Below are positions 1 to 11,925 of a stretch of DNA of 64,000 nt, in pieces. The notes under the pieces were generated by a model. The model was not told where the DNA came from and did not search any database. It was given only the letters and a program-made list of their open reading frames with translations. A program made the translations under genes and the position numbers. The first letter of the stretch is position 1, and every line of letters starts with the position of its first letter. The DNA is from Kudoa neothunni (Eukaryota; Animalia; Cnidaria): assembly GCA_964304625.1 (NCBI GenBank), contig OZ199839.1, positions 201,970 through 265,969 of the forward strand, given 5' to 3'.

Positions 1-1031
1 TAAATAATACTTTTAGTTATGCTTTAGTTTATAAATTTTTTGTAGTCAATTTTATTTTGTAAAAAAATAGTTTATATACATTATCATTAAAGTTTAAACA
101 TTGAAAATATCTTTGTCATAATATTGAACTTTTTTTAGTTTTACTGCATAGTCATTCTTGTATAAAAAATCAAAGGAATAACATAATTTATAAAAATAAT
201 TCGCAAGTATCTCATTTTTTAAAACTAAAAAATATTATTAAAATACAATGTTGGTGAAATAGTCTAACACAGACTTTATGTCACCGTTTCATTTGATTCG
301 AATTATATATTTTTATTTATCATTTATTTAATGTTGTTAACATTAGAGATTTATTTATATGTTTTCTTGTGGAAAAAACGTAATCTTCAGATGATTAGTA
401 GAATCGGTACTATTAATTAATAGAGGATTATTATTTGATTATCCATTGAATTTTCTTCGTAAAATAAGTCTTTATATGTAACTTTTAACATTGATTAGCT
501 ATATATTCATTAATTAATACCGATGTTCTTCTATTGTTTTTAAATTCGTAAATGGTATATTTTACTTAAATATTTATTTTATATATAAAACCGCGAAGAT
601 TTAAGATTTGAATTACGTAAACATCCACATAAAAGTTGACCTTTTTAAATTTATTGATCTAACTTCACATTCGCATATTTTTCTAAATTAATATAGCTAA
701 TGTAATAATTTAATCAATAGTTTCTTCCATATCGGTATTCAATTATTCCTGACTGGCCTGTCCTTATATTGGCGGTAAATCCAGTTCTAACCGATTGCAT
801 TGGATGATTAACCCTTCCGGACGAAGCGGGGTAGGTAGTTCATGCACCCCAATGTATGCATTTGTTGAAATTTTCCTCTTTAAATTTTAAAGAACTTTAT
901 TTCGCTTCAAGTAATCTTCCAACATAATTATTGCTTCTTATTCTTGTAAATAATATTTTTATTATAAAAAAACGTCCAAACAGATTTTAGAATATGAATA
1001 AAAGGCGAATGAGCCCAATAACAGTTAGTTT

Positions 1032-4000
1032 TTAACTCTCACCGACGGAGCCCTATGGGTTATCGCAATAATAAGAGATTATCAAGAAAGTCGCGCGATT
1101 CACGTTTTAGTTATCCAGTTTTGTAAGTGTATGCCAACATATGAAAAATTTTGCAAAAACTTAATATTTTCATAGAAAAAAATTCCCCAAGAAGATAATT
1201 CAGATGCATCATTTTATGAGGATTGTGTGGAATATCCTGAGGACTTGGAGAATCAAAAAATGAACGATGACGACAATGATGGGAACCCAATTGAAATATC
1301 GACGTCTAAATCAGGATTTCAGTGGGAGTGTGGTTTAAAATTCAAAACAAGCATCAGTTTCCACAATTTTGTCAACTTTAATTCTGGCCCTATCGATGAT
1401 GCAAGCAATATCTCGGATATTATGTCATCAGTCATGCTGTTTTTTTTCTAATTTTGCATTAAAAAATACTATTGTATACGAATAAGTCTCGGCAATCCGT
1501 CGATCGTTATAACAGCACAAATGCAATAACAATGGAGGAATTGATTGCAGCTGGACGTGGTAATGGATCCAGAGCGGGGGTTATCAATGTGGGTTCCATA
1601 AACCTACAGTGATAAGAAAAATTTAATAATAACGCACGAAATCTGTACAGATTTTATCGTATGATGTCAGCGAATTTTCATTGATAGTTATGTTGGGTCT
1701 CGAGCCTTCCACGAATTGGCGCCAAAACGGAATCCCCGTTGCGGCAACAATTGGAAACCATGTCCTTCTTTATTCAAAGAGTATTTGGTCCCCGTTTCTC
1801 CATGAATTACACCACTTTCACCATTCCTTCGATTTGGTGAAGAAACGTGGGACCAATCTGCCCCTCAACATTGACCACATTAAGAAACTATCTTGCCATC
1901 GAAAGCGATGGTGCAATTTGTCAGAAATGAAGGCCGGACAACATCGGGATTTAGAGCCCCTCACCTTATTTTAACTAATGCCATATCTTGCTAGGACACT
2001 CTTTCATGCTTTTTCAATTAACTTTGTGTTTTCTTTTGGCGTTTGGCGCGTATATAACAAGCTAAAGTTTGCAACACTGGTGATGGCTGGCTTTTGTCGG
2101 TTAACTACGCACCAACCCACATGCAGGAAGATTGTGCTGCCGTGCTAATAACAAATATTTCTTCTATTCAATAAATTATTTTAACTACTTTTAAAGATAT
2201 ACGATGGATAGTTGGTTAAAAAAGATAAATAAAATAACATCTAAAGAAGACAATGAAACGAATATGCTTGCCAACAAATGATCTGCAAGGACTAATTTGA
2301 AAACTATGGAATACATTCCGTTTTATTCTGAACAGCAACCAGCCAAGAAAAACCACAAATACGATCCTCAATATATGTCATGACTTTACTGGTACTAGCG
2401 ATGAAGAAGCTCCTGACTCAATTTATTTACTTTGCCATACAAGATTAGCTAACAGTTTGCTGCCACCAGCAAAGTTGAAAATGCAACTGAAGCGTCATAT
2501 AAAGCTTCTTACCATATTTCTCTTCATACCGAAACTCACACTATTGGTGAATCATTGATAAAACTTGTGTCGAAAAATGTAGTTTCATGTATATTTGATG
2601 AAAAGTCTGCTCAAAAGGTTGAATCAATGTCTCTATCCAAGGATACGGTATCGAGGTGTATTGTTGATATTTCTGATGACATTAAAACGGAGCTTATTTT
2701 ACAATTGAATGCATATGGTGCTTACGCTTTGCAAATGGATGAATCTACAGATGTGGCTGGACTAACAATTCTACTCGTGTTTGTTAGATATGACTTCAAA
2801 AAACAATTGAGAAACATTTTCTTTTCTGAAAAAGTTTACAGCTTCGTACCGAAGGAAAAGATACATTTTATTGTGTTGATAATTATATAACAAAACATAG
2901 TATCGGCTGGGATAAATGCATTTCAGTGCGCACCGATGGAGCGAAGGCTATGATGGGAAAATTATCTGGCATTGTAACTAGAATAAAAAATTTCTCAAAA
3001 AACTGCAAGAATAATCACTTCATTCTTCACAGATACGCATTAGTGGCAACAAGAATTTCTGCTTCGTTAAAAATGGTTTTGGCGAAGTTGTGCAAATGAT
3101 CAATTTTATAAAAACTCGGCCATTACAATCAAGCGATTTTTCTTTTACATACAGAGGTTAGGTGGCTTTCAAGAGGAAATATAATGGTGAGAATGGTTGA
3201 ATTGTCCGAGAAATTAAGAAATAATATAGCTCTATCTCGTAAGTTGAAGTTCTGGCTGTTTTCCACTTCTTACTAAATTTCTACAAGAGTCTGAAATGGA
3301 ATTAGACACAGAGACGCCTGATGTAATTAAAGATCATCTTAACAGTTATGAATATTTCTTATTGAATATTTTCCTAACTTGGAGTGCAAAGAATATTATT
3401 GGGTACAAAATCCATTCACAATAAAAAAAACCAACAGGATTTCTAACAGAGGATTACGAGAAATTAATTGAAATCACATCCGATATTCAGTCAAAAGTTA
3501 AACTTGAAGAATATCCTAAAATATCTAAACAGACCATAAAAATACTTCCACCCTTTGCAACAACATGTTGGTGTGAATCAGGATTTTCGAGATATGCTGG
3601 CACGAAAACTAAGTATCGAAGCAGACTGGATGCTGCCCAGATATGAGAATCCAATTATCAAATATAAAACCAACTTTTCAGAGGATACTTAAGTCAAAAA
3701 AACAACTGCATTTATCTCATTAACATTTTATATTCCAATATATTGTGCTTTTTAAATTGTTTCTTTATTATAATATGTATTTTCTAATTCAATTTCGATA
3801 AATGTTACAAATACAATATTCTATTTACTATAATAAATATCAACCCATTAAATTTTGCTGAACAAATATTATAAGATAATTTAGACAAGGGTTCCATTCA
3901 AAAAAAAACTATTCGCCTGTTACACATATAACGATTGATGAGCGAATGGTAGGTTGTCGCTGACGTTAGTATGTCATATTTACTGAACGTTCAGCCATAC

Positions 4001-4340
4001 ATTGGAAAAATCGGAAACGTCAAAGAAAGTAAACAAGATGAAAGGTTTGTCAAGGATCTCATTAGTCTGTTTTATGGTAGTGGACGAGGATTAACCACCG
4101 ACAACTTTTTCACTTCCGTTCCTTTGGCCTTATTTTCGTTGTAGAGAAATACAACGTTCACTGGGAAGCTAAGGAAAAATAACAGATATATACCTGAAAT
4201 ACATCGAAACAACGCTAATCGTAATGAACTCTCCTCAAATTTTTGTTTCTGTGACAACTTGAAAATTGTGCCGTATGTTTCGAAGAAGAGTCATAATGTT
4301 TTTCTATTATCCAATGAATTTAAAGACAGTTAGGTTGAAC
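1032..4340 (+). mobile_element. Degenerate piggyBac element with a transposase pseudogene, interrupted by nested insertions
   Basis: TTAA-CTCTC terminus-like sequence at about 1032. Acidic N-terminal fragment with SKSGFQW at 1227-1451. After the insertions, 3905-4330 reads YSPVTHITIDERMVG, GRGLTTDNFFTSVPLA and TFTGKLRKN, which are piggyBac DDD-domain motifs broken by frameshifts and stops. Confidence 0.75.
2200..3900 (+). mobile_element. hAT Buster/Charlie-type (ZBED5/SCAND3-like) transposase pseudogene
   Basis: Fragments HTIGESLIK, SLSKDTVSRCI, ALQMDESTDVAG..LLVFVRY, TDGAKAMMGK, HTEVRWLSRG and PFATTCWCESGFS, with multiple frameshifts. Confidence 0.9.
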
Positions 4341-4344
4341 AACC

Positions 4345-4853
4345 ACAAATTCGTTATTTATGAAACATATATAGATTTTTTATCCCATTGAAAACCATTA
4401 ATAGAACTTATAAAATATACTTATCAAGTTATATACGTTAAAACTCCGCAAATAAGGAGTGTGTTTAAACAGACACCCAAACAGAAATGCCAACCTTATA
4501 TATAAAGATAGATAGAAGCAGTTAATGAACATATGATGGAGCATATAAAGGAGATAGTTAACTTCAACCGACCATAACCATGAAATAAGCAGGTGCTAAT
4601 CCTATAGTTGAACTCATTTAATCCGAAAAACTAACTTTAAATCGATAAAATCACCATTTCATAAATACTTTTTGGAAACTTTCGTAGTTCGAAAACAATT
4701 AAACAATTTTTTTAAATATCGCAAATTTATAAAAATTTTATATATGACTCTCTACAAGGAAAAAATTATCTGCACATGCGTACTTAGGGGCATACACACA
4801 CAAACAAACATACCGACAGTCCTCTTTTATATATATAAAGGATTTCATATCTA
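4345..4853 (-). mobile_element. Non-autonomous Helitron-like repeat with a composite 5' portion
   Basis: Minus strand starts ATCCTTTATATATATAAAAGAGGACTGTCGGTATGTTTG, typical of animal Helitron 5' ends. A diverged inverted copy lies at 41932-42400. Confidence 0.55.
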
Positions 4854-4879
4854 AGATCTTTTTGGTAATGGTAAAGTAT

Positions 4880-6150
4880 GCGGCAACTAAAAACGTCCTC
4901 TCGCGAATGTTTTTCGAATTTCTTTTTTTACGATTATCCATAATAAAATAAAAAAATAAGGAGAGAGAAAATTTAGCTTAAAATAATAACTTCTAAATTT
5001 TAAGAATTTTTCATCCGAATGCTGTCGGATACACTTGCGATCTCCATCTTTTTTCCAACAAACATTAAATTGTTGTCTAATTTGTTTTGATAATCACTCA
5101 TGAAACTGGATATTCTTCATATGTTTTAGCATATAAACATAAATTTTACATTGTCAGATTTATCTATACATGTTTTATTAGTTTTAATTGTGAATAGTTT
5201 AAAAACGAGGACAACCACGTTCTCTTAAAATGAATTTTCTTAATATTTTTAGGACTGATGAGTGTTTTTTAAATAAATAAACACTATATTTTAGATGAAC
5301 ATTTGATTTCAATAGGTAAATAATTAAAGTTTGATTATATGAAGTTATTATTTTATTAGAGGAATTTTTACGTGTGTTTAGTATAACATTCGACAAACTT
5401 AAAAATGTTGTTAATAAAATTCCAAAAATTGTCATTTCTATACATTTATTAGTTTTAGTCAATTATATGTGTACCTTTAAAATAATAACCTTATTAAAGA
5501 CATTAAGTTTACACACAGTAATATTCTCAATTCGTGTATTTCCCCCAATTTGTTATTACTAATTTTCGACATACACAAAAACTTACAAAACAATAGAAAT
5601 ATAGCCTAATATTTTTTTTGAATATATTACAGATATAGCAAGGTGAAACAGTTTTATATTGTCATTTTCAAACATTATGTTTCTGAATTTTAATAATAAA
5701 AATTTAATTAATTCTTAATTTTTAACAATAAATTAAATTAAAAAAATTATAAACTAAAAAAAATTGTACAACATCAGTATCTATTTTTTAAAGTTCGAAA
5801 ATTATTTTCATTATAATGAAAAATGAGATCTTTTTGTGAGACACGCAATAAGTTTATATTTAAAGTTAGTCCATATAAAATTGTTATATATCAATAGTAA
5901 AAAATCTAATTAGTAATAATAAATAATTATTGAGTTAATAACTAATAGAGAAACTAAAAAAATTCAATGCTTATTGAAAAATATGAAGATTATACGTGTA
6001 TCCGACCGAGTTCGGATGAAAAATTCTTAAAATTTAGAAGTTATTATTTTGAGCTGAATTTTCGCTCTCCATATTCTTTTATTTTATCATGGAAAATCGT
6101 GAAAAAAGAAATTCGAAAAACATAGGCAAGAGGGTGTTTTTAGGTGCCGC
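4880..6150. mobile_element. Non-autonomous DNA transposon with about 155-bp imperfect TIRs (Merlin/MULE-like)
   Basis: 4880-5035 is the near reverse complement of 5995-6150. The interior is AT-rich and non-coding; no clear TSD. Confidence 0.8.
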
Positions 6151-6677
6151 TGCGGCGTATCCACATATTAACAATAGCGCGTAATCGTGCGCCAACGCTA
6201 TGGTCCATAGTCAAATAATAAGGTCTCGCCACTTTTAGGTTTGAGGGTCATGGGTTCGACCTTCGTCCGTTACACCGCGTACTTTATCATCATCATCTTC
6301 GCACACGAAACGCACGAATGATTTCGTTCGTGTTTATAATTATGAAGAAAACTTCGTTCGCTCATGACTCGAATGGACATTGTTCGTTAAGAATGTTTAT
6401 GGACTTGATTCAGATGTCAGCGTTGAATGCTTACAATATTGTCGAAAACTGAAGATAAATTCCTATATTTCCAAGATTAAATGGTTCTCCTTGGAAACAT
6501 ATGAACAAATGTCCTTTGATCACTTCTTTGGATTAGATATTGGATTATTATATTACAATATCCACTTTTATTCGCAGTTTCCCAATCCTTGATTAAAAAT
6601 AATAGTAAAGATTTGCTTAATTTTCGTGTTTACTGACGATAACATTCACAAAAATGTATTTCAATAGCGATTATTAA

Positions 6678-6904
6678 CCCTCAAAGGATAACCTTGGGCT
6701 CCACGCGCCCATCTTTATATTCTTTTGTTTATAAATTTTGTTGTTAAGCATGTTATATTTTGTGCATATTCGTCAGGATTTCATCTACATTTTGGAAAAA
6801 GCATTATCTACCAACCGACATAATAAAATTAGATAAAGGTTTGGCGAAATTACACAAAATAATAGGAGGGTAGATGCGCGAATCCAATGGTTAGCCGTTA
6901 AGGG
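6678..6904. mobile_element. piggyBac-derived MITE
   Basis: TTAA|CCCT...AGGG|TTAA with imperfect TIRs containing GGGCTCCACGCGCCCA. Related ends occur at 19825-20075, 39121 and 46750. Confidence 0.8.
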
Positions 6905-6934
6905 TTAAAAGAAAAATTATAATATTATTTAGAA

Positions 6935-7630
6935 TCTATATATATATTAAGTTGTAGTGTCCGTGTGCACTAATCTCCTCCTCATACAGAGACTTTCTTT
7001 AGTATTTAAGATTATTTTTGTACTTTAAAAAATACAAAATAAATTAAAAAAATACAACGGGGTTGTCTGCTTTCTTATAAAGTGATGAATTAGTAGTGTA
7101 AACTTTTTGTAAACAGATTAGAGCAGATGATAATGAGATTAATTTATCATATGGTTTGCTAATAGGTTCAGTGATATGCGTAGATAACTTTAATTTATAT
7201 TATTTAAATACAACTGAAACTTTTAAAGTTTACTCTTTTCTACTTTTGAACGTACTTAAGACGATCTATAACATTCGTTCGTGCGAAGGCGGGAACTCGG
7301 TGTAAACGAAGATTTGTTGTTTAATCGAGAGATTAATCTGCATGAATAAATTATTTACTTTGCACGTTTGATTAAAGATAAAAAGTTTTAATTATTTTTT
7401 AAATAAACATAAAATGATGTTAGAACGTTATAATTAAATGAAAATAAATCCAATAAAGATTAAAGTGAAGATGATCGGATTATTGCTGCTTATTTCGATC
7501 AATAATGTAGTCAAAAGAACGCTAAAATAATGATAATTGACTTTGAACTTAAAATGACCTTGGTCTACTCAAGGCTTTAATCTGCGTGGCCGGACAAGAA
7601 AGCCCACGCAAAGGAGGGCTTTTGCGCTAG
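6935..7630 (+). mobile_element. Complete non-autonomous Helitron
   Basis: Inserted at A|T. Starts TCTATATATATA, has a 3' hairpin AAAGCCC...GGGCTTT and ends CTAG. Confidence 0.75.
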
Positions 7631-8907
7631 TAAAAATATGAATCAATGTATTTATATTTTTATAACTTAGAGGATAAAATTTGTGTTTTTAAGATTATAT
7701 TTAATGTTGCAATTCCTAAAATTGAAAATTATTTGTTTATAATAATCAATAATCGGCTCATACGATCATATCAGCTGCCGACCCCTGTATTAAACATGTC
7801 TTAAATAGAAATCTGATGTTGTATAAATTTATACCGCATTTTTAAAGAAAAACGTTAATTTTGTTTTCTGCGTTCACAATTACTCCCATACTTAGTGTGG
7901 GGTACCAATGTTAAAACGCATTATATGCAGTGTTTTGTAATATGAACCGCCTAAATTCAAACAATTCTAAACTTTAAATAACGAATTACTGATCACAAAG
8001 AAAATTTGTCATATTAAATCTTTGGATAAAAGGTTACAATTATTTGGAAATATTACAACTTCAAAGCTCTGTCTGTCTGTATGTTTAGAAAGAAAGATAT
8101 TGATTTATTACAATAATATTCATATTCAACCATTAGGGAATTTTTCATATTATAATGATGCTTATTTTCTCCATAAAATACCAATGTTATTATTTGATAA
8201 CAAAATAAAAGATGGTCCTTTATTAAATTATGTTAATGCATTAACCAAACATAAGTTGGCGCTGTCATGGTAACGACACGATTACAATAATCTGTTTTAT
8301 TAATTTATGAATAATCAATCTATTTGGATTTTAAAATATTAAATCATTTTCTGTTTTAATAAGTTAAATATAAAACCAGGCTATTAAAATCAGAGTCATC
8401 TCAATAACCACCATCTTAACAAACAGATCAATATGGTTAATCATCTTAAATTCACAGGATTAACATTATTAAAAAAAAGTATTTGTCGTAAAAATGATAA
8501 CTCTGGATCGTATCTAATTAAAATAATTAGCTCACTCAATAGACTAAGATTTGAAACCAGGAAATGATTAAAATAGTCCCTAGCTCGAATCGAAATAATC
8601 TTTCGTATAGTTGAAAATAACATAGGATTGTTTGAGAAAAATTTTGCCTGTACAATCTTGTAATCTAGTGATAAAAAATTTATAAAAAGATTATAAAAGG
8701 CTTAATTAAGTTAGCAAAGGATTAAAAAAAATTAGTTTGAATCACCTTTTTATAGAAGACCCCACATTCAAAGTGATAGAATATCATCAATAAACGTGTG
8801 GGTTAAGTAGTTTAATTCGTTTAGGTGTTAAATTGGAGTTATTGTTTGTGTGTGTCGGATTTGTTACCTAAGGAGATTGATTGGCGTCCCTACGGAGGTA
8901 ACTTGAA

Positions 8908-10294
8908 ATGAAGTTGGATCGCTGTGTTCGGACGTTCATAACTGAAGAACAGGTCAACACTGAAAATCTAGACTATCTAGGTATACTATCTAGAAAATTG
9001 GTCATACATGTAGGCTGGCAACGATAAAAACATAACAACCGGTTGTTGATAATCTATAGCAATTGGCCTAAGTTTGAACAACAACCTAAATATAAATGAT
9101 ATTTTTAGAAAATATCGAGTCCTGGGAATGCAAATTTGGCGAAAAAAGTCGTATTCACGAAATAGCGAGTTCATTAGGATTGACACAAAATGCGAGGGTA
9201 AGGAGCGATGGGATGTGATAGGCCTTTTAAATTTGTTAGGCTGTGCGTCCTAATCATAATATGAACTCATCCACGGGAAACAAGGAGAAATCCACACTGT
9301 TTACTGACCAAATAAAGAAATGGATGATGGCCACATCTAATGCAGATCTTGAAACTGTAAAGGATCTTGTGGGGAGTTATCCTGATCTTATCAATACAAA
9401 GGATCCACTATGGGTATGGTTAATTCTTATTTTTTCCATTTGTTAATATTAATTTTTTAGGGAGTAATTTCAACTATTTTTATGATACTAGTTAATTAAT
9501 ATTTATATATCTTTAGATGGTAAAATTAATTAATTGATTTAAATTGAAACAAAAATTGTAGACAGCATTGCATTGGGCTATTAGAAATGACGATTATTTG
9601 ATGGTGGAATATCTGTGTGATCACGAGGCTGATATAAACAAAAAATCTGTATAATATGATTATTGTTTAGTTTGTATTTTGAATTAATATTTAGTTTACG
9701 GTAAGTTATTTGTGGAAGATAGTTTATTGGGATTAATTTGATTGTGGATTAAGGGGGAAACCCCACTGCATTTAGCCGCTCGGCTGAGCCGACCAGTTAT
9801 TTTTCGTTATCTCACAACTTTTTCAAGTAACTCGATTCATTTATATGATTTTATGTAGCTTACCATTTGTAGATTTGGATTACAGTACTCTGGATAATCG
9901 AGGCCATAAGGCGGAGGTCATTTGTACAAAACACAACACCAACCGATTTAAATATTTCCAAATGCTCTGAGGATACCAATTCTCAAGTGTCGTCAAACTT
10001 TGAAATTGATCTCTCTGAGATATATTCTAAAAGTTCTACTTATTTTGACCTTAGATATTCGCCCGAATGTTCCAAATCTCGTTTGATAACGGTGGTCAGA
10101 GATTTAAAAGTTATGGATTAATTTTTATTTGAATGATTTAAAGATGGCAAATGAAAACCTCAACCACTCACAAACAATCTAAACCATCCTTACAGTTACA
10201 GTACACGAAAAGTGTGGATGATCGAAAGAATGGAGGCTTCAAAGGCTTGTTTAATAGATACCGTGAGAAATTCACCAAAAAATCCACCATATGA
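8908..10294 (+). CDS. SOWAH-like ankyrin-repeat protein, paralog 1 (spliced, with microexons; 5' and 3' exons tentative)
   Basis: Spliced translation KKWMMATSNADLETVKDLVGSYPDLINTKDPLW-G-M-TALHWAIRND...ADINKKS-FT-GETPLHLAA...LDNRGHKAE. GT-AG introns of 42-53 nt in the core. Confidence 0.75.
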
Positions 10295-10575
10295 TGTTAA
10301 CTGATTTTTATCTGCTTATACTTTTACAAATATATAGCTGTGGTGGTTTTCTTCTGCATTCGACTTATTAGAACATAGTTGCTAACTCCCTTTAATGTCG
10401 TTTATATAAGATTAATAATTAGCACTAACATCCTATCACTGGTTGTTTGATAGATCATCACACTGCGGTTTGTAGTTAAGGTAGAGGGATATAATAAATT
10501 GTATTTGGAGCCTTCACAGATCGAATTATTATAATTTAATATATTTGATAGTAGTTGGAATTATATATAATTAAA

Positions 10576-11535
10576 ATGAACACTGAATCACAAGTTAGTC
10601 TCCTCACAGTAAAAAGTAACTCCAGGAATATGCTAGCTACTATATCAATGGAATCAATATTTTCGAAAAAGGTTTATTTTACAGCTAATTGATATAAACT
10701 TGTTTATTGCATCTAGCTCAACATGCTGGAGTATGGGGAGAGATACGATTTTCTGGACAAAAAATGGATGGTGCTTTGCGCCGAGAACGACATCAAAGAG
10801 GTGAGAAATTTCCTCACTATTTATCCCGATTATATCAACTTCAAAGATCCTGTGTGGGTGAGGTCTAATAATAATAATAATGTATTTTAATACAAAAAAA
10901 TAAAGGGAGTATTTCTTTTACTATTTCGACAGCTTTCACTTTTATAGATGGTAATATAATGGTTCACTATATTATTTCATTGTTATTCTGCATAGACTAT
11001 TCTCCATTGGGCTGTGAAGGAACACAACATTGAACTTGTTCGAATGCTACTTCTTGCTGGGCTGATATCAACCCAACTGATGTAGGTACCATTTTGAAAC
11101 GGAATAATTGTAATAATAATTTTTTTTATAATTTAGAAACAAGTATTTTGTATCAACCGTTGAACGTCTATTTAGATACATGTCTAGGGAAGAACACCAC
11201 TTCATTATTCTGTCATTTATAGATTCCAGGAAATAGAAGAAATTCTGACGTCCTCACCTGGTATATCAATTAAAAATTGATAATTAATGAGTCAAAAATC
11301 TAAATTATTTAATGTTATCGTAATGAAAATTTTTGGATAAACGATAAAATTATAGATTGTGACTCTCGAATAGAAGATTTCAACTCAAATAAACCGAAAC
11401 AATACTCACAACTGAGAAAAATGTCGACTAAAAGTTATTACTGTAACATCCCACTCTAAATAAACCAAAGGGACGCCACAAAAAACTGAAGAAATTCTGC
11501 AAAATACTCTCCCTACGGAGAAGTCAAACAAATAG
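10576..11535 (+). CDS. SOWAH-like ankyrin-repeat protein, paralog 2 (one apparent 1-nt frameshift at about 11060)
   Basis: KKWMVLCAENDIKEVRNFLTIYPDYINFKDPVW-G-M-TILHWAVKEH...-KQ-GRTPLHYS, with the same core intron positions as paralog 1. Confidence 0.72.
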
Positions 11536-11925
11536 ATATTGACTATGAGAACTTATTAAATTAAATAAGTAGGAAACTTAATAATTTTATGAGAAAAAGT
11601 TTGTTGAATCCCTCTGATATCCAGATTATTTTTAAATACAATGTTTTCCCGAATATAAGACAGGTCGTATAATATATTTTGGTTTAATAAAGAGCATTAG
11701 ATCTTTTTTTAAGTAGGTCTTATATTTGTGTCAGGAAAAACTTTCTATGTATTATTTAGCTAATGTAACTGAATTTAATTTTTTTTTTAAATAGATAGAA
11801 CAATATTTTTATTATTATTAATTACTCGAAAAATTACATTGTTGGAGATATTTTGGTCATATAATTCAAAATATCTAGACTTTTAGTATCTTAATAGTTT
11901 ATATTTTCGAAGTAGATCTTATAAT

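Noticed and set aside
600-960. Possible TE relic or piggyBac end (TTAACCCTTCCG at about 808)
   Set aside because: No partner terminus or recognisable protein motif was found in the window.
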